Shown: positions 62,249 to 64,000 of the stretch, one piece after another
Layout: the number at the start of each line of letters is the position of its first letter
Position numbering within the stretch: the stretch's first letter is position 1
NCBI GenBank assembly: GCA_002189035.1
Contig: NEEC01000008.1
Span: forward strand, 2,170,001-2,234,000
DNA length: 64,000 nucleotides
Source of the DNA: Utricularia gibba
Taxonomy: Eukaryota; Plantae; Magnoliophyta
Reading direction: 5' to 3'
Program-made: the position numbers and the translations under genes
Notes under the pieces: generated by a model
The model's input: only the letters and a program-made list of their open reading frames with translations
Databases searched by the model: none
What the model was told of the DNA's origin: nothing

Positions 62249-63787
62249 TCATGTTATGGAACTGGAACTCCCAGTCTCGTGTCCGGCATATGAGGAGGAC
62301 ACGCAGGGAAACCAGTATCTTCGTCTCCCATCTCTGTGGCCATCATCGATCATGGCAAGACCCTCCTGAAAACGCCACACAGGCTCATTGTCATTGTTGA
62401 TGCTCTCTGAATATAATGAGAAGATCGTGTTGCTTACATCTAGCAGTGTTTCCAGGGCATCAGTGGCTCGACCGGAGGACCACACGAGCCGCCTCTCGAC
62501 TTCATCCACAGTGACAAACCCTTCACCCTAAGATAAGCAGAAGCATGCCCTTGTTAAGCATGACTCAAGAAGCGAAGAGGAGTGTGCTCAGTATGACAGA
62601 TGGGTGAACCTGTGCTAGCTCCAGAATTTGATTGTGATCTTTGTTCAGTTCTGTGGGAACAGATCTGATGAGCTTCTTCTTGCCCACAGAAATAACCTCG
62701 AAACCATTGCCTAGAACCTGGAACAATCCGTGTGCGAAGCAAAGCCAGTAAGGATCATCGAAAAATACAAAAAATAAAGACACCCTCCATGCCAGAATCT
62801 TTAAAACTAATACTATCACTAAACCAAAAAATTCATCAGTTCAAGGTTAACTAGTGTTACAGCTAGGGAAAAGAACCATGAATCCTCAATGGGGAAGTCA
62901 CAAAAGCTATTGTAAATTACCTTGAGCTTGCTGATGGCACGTAGGCAGTCATCTTGAGATATGGGTTCACGTGAGTTCCTTCTTTTCTGAAGAAGCAATT
63001 TGCACAGCTCTTCCAAACTGATCAAACCTCCATTGTGTGGTCTAGTGGCCAAACAAATGTCGACAATCTGGACCCCTGCCTAGACAGTTTGATCGCTAAG
63101 TTTCTTGACCAAAACAATTTCTCAGTGATAAATCAATTCTAGAACGCCAAAAAGCAATGAGCCCGATTGATCACGAGGTGTACAGACAAACATAGCACAT
63201 AAATGATGATGATGATGCTAAGAAGATAAATCCGGTTTCCCGCATTATTTATTTGGAAGGCATATGATGAGGGCATAGAAATGCAACAGTACCAACCAAG
63301 TTCGTAATAGAAGTCACCAATTCCCAATAACTCAGCCCAGAAGCCTTTATTTGATGCCAAGGGATCTACTCCAACTTTGGCACACATCTCATGAAACTGA
63401 GCCCGGAAAGTAGGGTTCTTGCGGATATCGTTCTGCCCATATGAGAGTTGATAAGAGGATCACTAAAAAAACACTCTCTTGATTCAGCTAACTCCATCAA
63501 ACATTCTGACCAAAAATAAACCATCTAAGTCGTAATAGTAACGATCACCTTGTGTTTGCGGGCGAATTCTTCCAGTTGAGTGCGAAATGTAGCCAACTGT
63601 TCCTTCATTAGATCGGTACGCAGTTTCGCCACACTCTCCCCCACCACCCGAAATTGGTCCTTTAATCAACAACTCAAATCAGCCTAAAATACTATTCACG
63701 ATTCCATAAACGAACATAAAAAAAGAGAAAGCACAACCCTCGCCGCCGCCGCATTCTGCAGACCCCAATCCCCGGCCTTCGCCTCAT
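62249..63787 (-). CDS. VPS22: ESCRT-II subunit VPS22/SNF8, one frameshift as assembled
   Basis: Seven exons. [17 protein letters not shown] needs one more G at 63763-63766. Then follow [81 protein letters not shown] and EGLAMIDDG...YWFP. Confidence 0.95.
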
Positions 63788-64000
63788 TCCCAAAAAAGTC
63801 TCGTCTCCTCAGCTCAAGAGTTCAACCCAACGCTCTTAAACGAAGGATCAAATATCAATCAGATTCAATACCGTAACGCCCAACTAAAATTGCAGGAAAA
63901 CTTCCATACTTTTGTGGAAAGATTCCGGTAACCCGATAGTCGACTCTTCAGAGAAATGCATCAGATTAGATGGAGGAGGGTTGGAGATGATATCATTGAA

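Overview
Gene-dense eudicot plant nuclear DNA with about 25 protein-coding loci in 64 kb and mostly 55-190 nt introns. In order: PAT1 (5' part), a CCCH zinc-finger gene, two glycine-rich cell-wall genes, ARASP protease, a Pro-rich membrane protein, FRS9, a B-box gene, frataxin, an SRF receptor kinase, lipoyl synthase LIP1, two small proteins, PSB27, DUF789, POR, an RMA RING ligase, a FLOE1-like pseudogene, TPC1, RabA1, an uncharacterised Pro-rich protein, a coiled-coil protein, an AT-hook protein, a FAD4-like desaturase and VPS22. The main feature hidden from the ORF track is a polycistronic snoRNA locus on the minus strand at about 20.66-21.72 kb, behind a telo-box/site II promoter. It holds a dual-guide U36a-type C/D snoRNA, a second C/D snoRNA whose guide matches the 25S U2347-equivalent, and a tandem pair of H/ACA-like elements. 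Other notable points are a heavily decayed FLOE1-like locus, a TPC1 with altered luminal Ca2+-sensor and filter residues, and a His/Gly 39-aa repeat wall protein. Many single-base frameshifts sit in homopolymer runs of otherwise conserved genes and are probably assembly errors. All homology calls come from recalled family motifs, not database searches.
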